A DNA stretch of 64,000 nt from Bilabrum cf. latius (taxonomy: Eukaryota), in assembly GCA_965178125.1 (NCBI GenBank), contig OZ237760.1:186001-250000 (forward strand), given 5' to 3'. The notes under the pieces were generated by a model. The model was not told the origin of the DNA. It made no database searches and saw nothing but the letters and a program-made list of their open reading frames with translations. Position 1 is the first letter of the stretch, and every line of letters begins with the position of its first letter. The position numbers were made by a program, and so were the translations under genes. This document shows positions 61,676-64,000 of this stretch, one piece after another.

Positions 61676-64000
61676 TCACATGCGAACGGAAGCTGCTCGT
61701 TCGGCTGTGGCAGTCCCAGAATCATCACTCTTCGCATTGGATGAAGCTGCGCCCACTGCTCCCTGCCTAGACGAGCTAAACTCCCCGTGTGCAGCCCATC
61801 CGATCGGCGCTCCATACTCTAACGCAACATTCGGCGGGCCTCGGCTGCGACGCTTGGAGGCTACGCTGCTGCTGCCCGTTGCTGTCACCACGGACTACGA
61901 CGACGACGCTACCCCGCGCCCAGACCGCGAAGACGAAGACCGTCTGCGGCTAGATTTCACCATGTGACGAGTGGGCACTGCGATCCCCTCGGGCCCGCTG
62001 CTCCCACGCCCACGCCCAGCGCCCATCCCCGTCATACCCACCATCCCCATCCCCACCCCCACCCCCCTTCCTATGCCCATGCCCCCTAGCCCCATCCCCA
62101 TCCCCATCCCCATCCCCATCCCCATCCCCATCCCCATCCCCATCCCCCTTCCCCTTCCCATGCCCATCCCCATCCCCGGGTGTGCACCCAAGCCCGATCC
62201 CGTGCCTACGCCATACATCCCAGAGCCACCTATTCCCTGCCACTGGCGAGCCCCCGCGCCGGCATAGCCCGCTGTCCTTGCCTGCGATGGCGCGCTGCTG
62301 GCGTGGCTCGCCTTGCTACTCTTGCTGCTGGCCCCGCCGACACTGGCATTTGCCGCCCCAGGTGGGGCCGTGTGGGCCTGTGATGGCATACCGCTGCAGT
62401 TCCCCACGCTCTGGTTCTCGTCGCGGCTCCTTGCGCCAGCATCCTGCAAGTCTTTGCTTTGGCTGCTGCCGTCACCGCTGTGCGACTGGCTGCTACCGCT
62501 ATGACCGGCCTCCGCAGCACCAGCCTGCATGCCTTGCTACAGCAGCTCCTGCTGCTTCCTCATGTTGTGCTGCAGTGCAGTGATTGGGATGCCGACTCCC
62601 AGGCTGGACCTCTCCTGCGCCAGCCGAATCATAGCCTGCTGCTGGGCGACCCGAGCCAGCTGCCACTGAGCCCACCCTGGCGTGCCGGGCTGGGGAACAC
62701 GACCACCATGCCCCTCCATGGGGGGCTAAATTAAGCCAGCCCGCCCCACCCCTGCCCCTGCTCCCACTCCTGCAGCGGGGTACCCTGCTTCCCCGGCTCG
62801 CTGCATCCAGTTGCTCTACATCTGCCTGGCCATGCGTACCCGGTGCTGCAGCTCAGGACTCATCTGATGCAGGTGCATGCTTTCCTGCGGGGCCAGGGCC
62901 CGACTGTCCTGCAAGTGCTTCTGTGTCCCGGGGTACCCGTCCTCCATTAGAGCCTGACTGTTCCGCCCCTGCCCGTTCGCCTGCGCGCCGTACAACCCAT
63001 CGAAGCTGTAGGACCTGGCCCGGTCGCCGTCTGGCACCTGGCTCGCCATGCTGCCCGTGATCGAAGGCTCGCGCTCCCGCGAGCGCACGCTGCTTCCGCC
63101 ACCTCGCGGGGCGCTCAAGTCGTCTGTGTTCCCTGGCTGGCCCGCGTCCCCCAGGGCCTGGAGCTGCGCCTCGTGCTGCGGGCCCTGTCGTTGCAGGTTG
63201 CCCACGGATCCAGCCCCCGCAGACAGTCCGGAGGCGGATGCAGTGCCGAGAGGGGACGCCGTCATTTCCCGTCTAGGAACAGCAAACGCGCCCGGACCCG
63301 GTCCAGCACCTCCGTCCAGCGCTCCGCCCGAAAGGTACTTGCTGACCGAGTTGGCACCATCCTCATCGTTGTCCTGGTTGCTGGGTGCCCCTGACTCTTG
63401 CGGCGTGTCGTCCAGTCCTGCCCTCTTGCCCGTCCTGCCGGCTGGAAGAGGTGCGGTATCAAAGAGTCGGCTGGTGGAAGTGGAAGTGGTCGCATTCGGC
63501 TGGGAAGATGCAGCCGAAGTGGAGACGCCAGCGCCTGATGCTAGAGCGGAAGCATGGCCCTGGCCCTGACCCTAGCTCTGTACGGCAGTGCCATGCACTG
63601 GGCCTTGACCCGCCGCTCTATACTTGGCATCAGCTAGCCCGACAGGCACCTCATCCTCGTCTGACGAATCGCTGCCTGAGTTGGAAGCACCGCCCGATGC
63701 ATCGCCACCGCTAGCACCACCTTGACTCGATTCGCGGAGCCCCCTCTCCCTCTCCCTCTCTATTCGCTCGAGCTTGCGCTTCTTTCGCCTAGCAGCTCTC
63801 GCCTTGATGGCAGCGCGGTACCTATCTTCTTCACCTGCCGTGCTGCGGGACTGCCTGGATGGGGCTAGGGGTATGGCACTGCCTTGCTTCGATTCATCCA
63901 TATGGGTGGAGCTTGGTGGCACGCCACTTGATGCACCGCTGGTCTGCTCGATGGTGCCAGCTGCGATGCCGTGGCGATCAGCACCGGGTCGGGTGCTTCT
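61676..64000 (-). CDS. C-terminal part of a large low-complexity (Gly/Ser/Gln/Met-rich) protein with an NLS-like RRKKRK; 5 in-frame TAGs
   Basis: ORFs 63572-63922, 62816-63265, 62537-62719, 61895-62530 and 61676-61891 are one frame joined by TAGs at 63572, 62816, 62726, 62537 and 61895; stop TGA at 61676. Confidence 0.65.
62090..62177 (-). repeat. (GGGATG)n hexamer repeat encoding poly-(Gly-Met)
   Basis: Tandem ccccat units on the + strand. Confidence 0.9.

Noticed and set aside
1-64000. Mass pseudogenisation or C-to-T damage as the source of in-frame stops
   Set aside because: It would also create TAA (from CAA), TGA (from CGA) and frameshifts. None were found in the reconstructed genes, and essential NDC80 is affected.
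1-64000. UAG as pyrrolysine, Trp (A-to-I editing), Leu or Glu; or the ciliate-type code with both UAA and UAG as Gln
   Set aside because: Paralog and motif positions point to Gln. TAA is never internal and ends four genes, one at the position homologous to a TGA. U-to-C editing to CAG cannot be excluded without RNA data but seems unlikely at this density.
1-64000. TAG-containing gaps as tiny introns
   Set aside because: Flanks are always in the same frame, often directly adjacent (for example 3360/3361, 22911/22912, 48770/48771), and lack GT donors. The real introns here are 91-309 bp with clear signals.

Overview
A compact, GC-rich eukaryotic nuclear region with short GT-AG introns; the gene style suggests a heterotrophic protist, possibly a Cafeteria-like stramenopile (inference only). 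The key result is a non-standard genetic code: TAG is a sense codon, almost certainly Gln, while TAA and TGA remain stops. Reading through TAG merges the fragmented ORF track into about 20 coherent genes. By hand I count about 96 in-frame TAGs and no in-frame TAA/TGA, and all 19 visible 3' ends are TGA (15) or TAA (4). Two paralogous genes in the window align TAG with CAA/CAG. Genes: HEAT/ARM-like protein (partial), inositol polyphosphate 5-phosphatase, FHA protein, fatty-acid hydroxylase, FG-GAP/mucin/EGF membrane protein, small Cys-rich secreted protein, ~3860-aa polycystin-like REJ/GPS protein, glutaminyl cyclase, divergent NADPH oxidase-like protein, Sfp-type PPTase, RPB5, PRMT7/9, NDC80, RBR E3 ligase with a 3-nt microexon, an inverted pair of GT11-like fucosyltransferases, a small hypothetical protein, MFS transporter, ADP-dependent glucokinase and a low-complexity protein (partial). 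A 1.17-kb non-autonomous DNA transposon with TIRs and an 8-bp TSD is also present.
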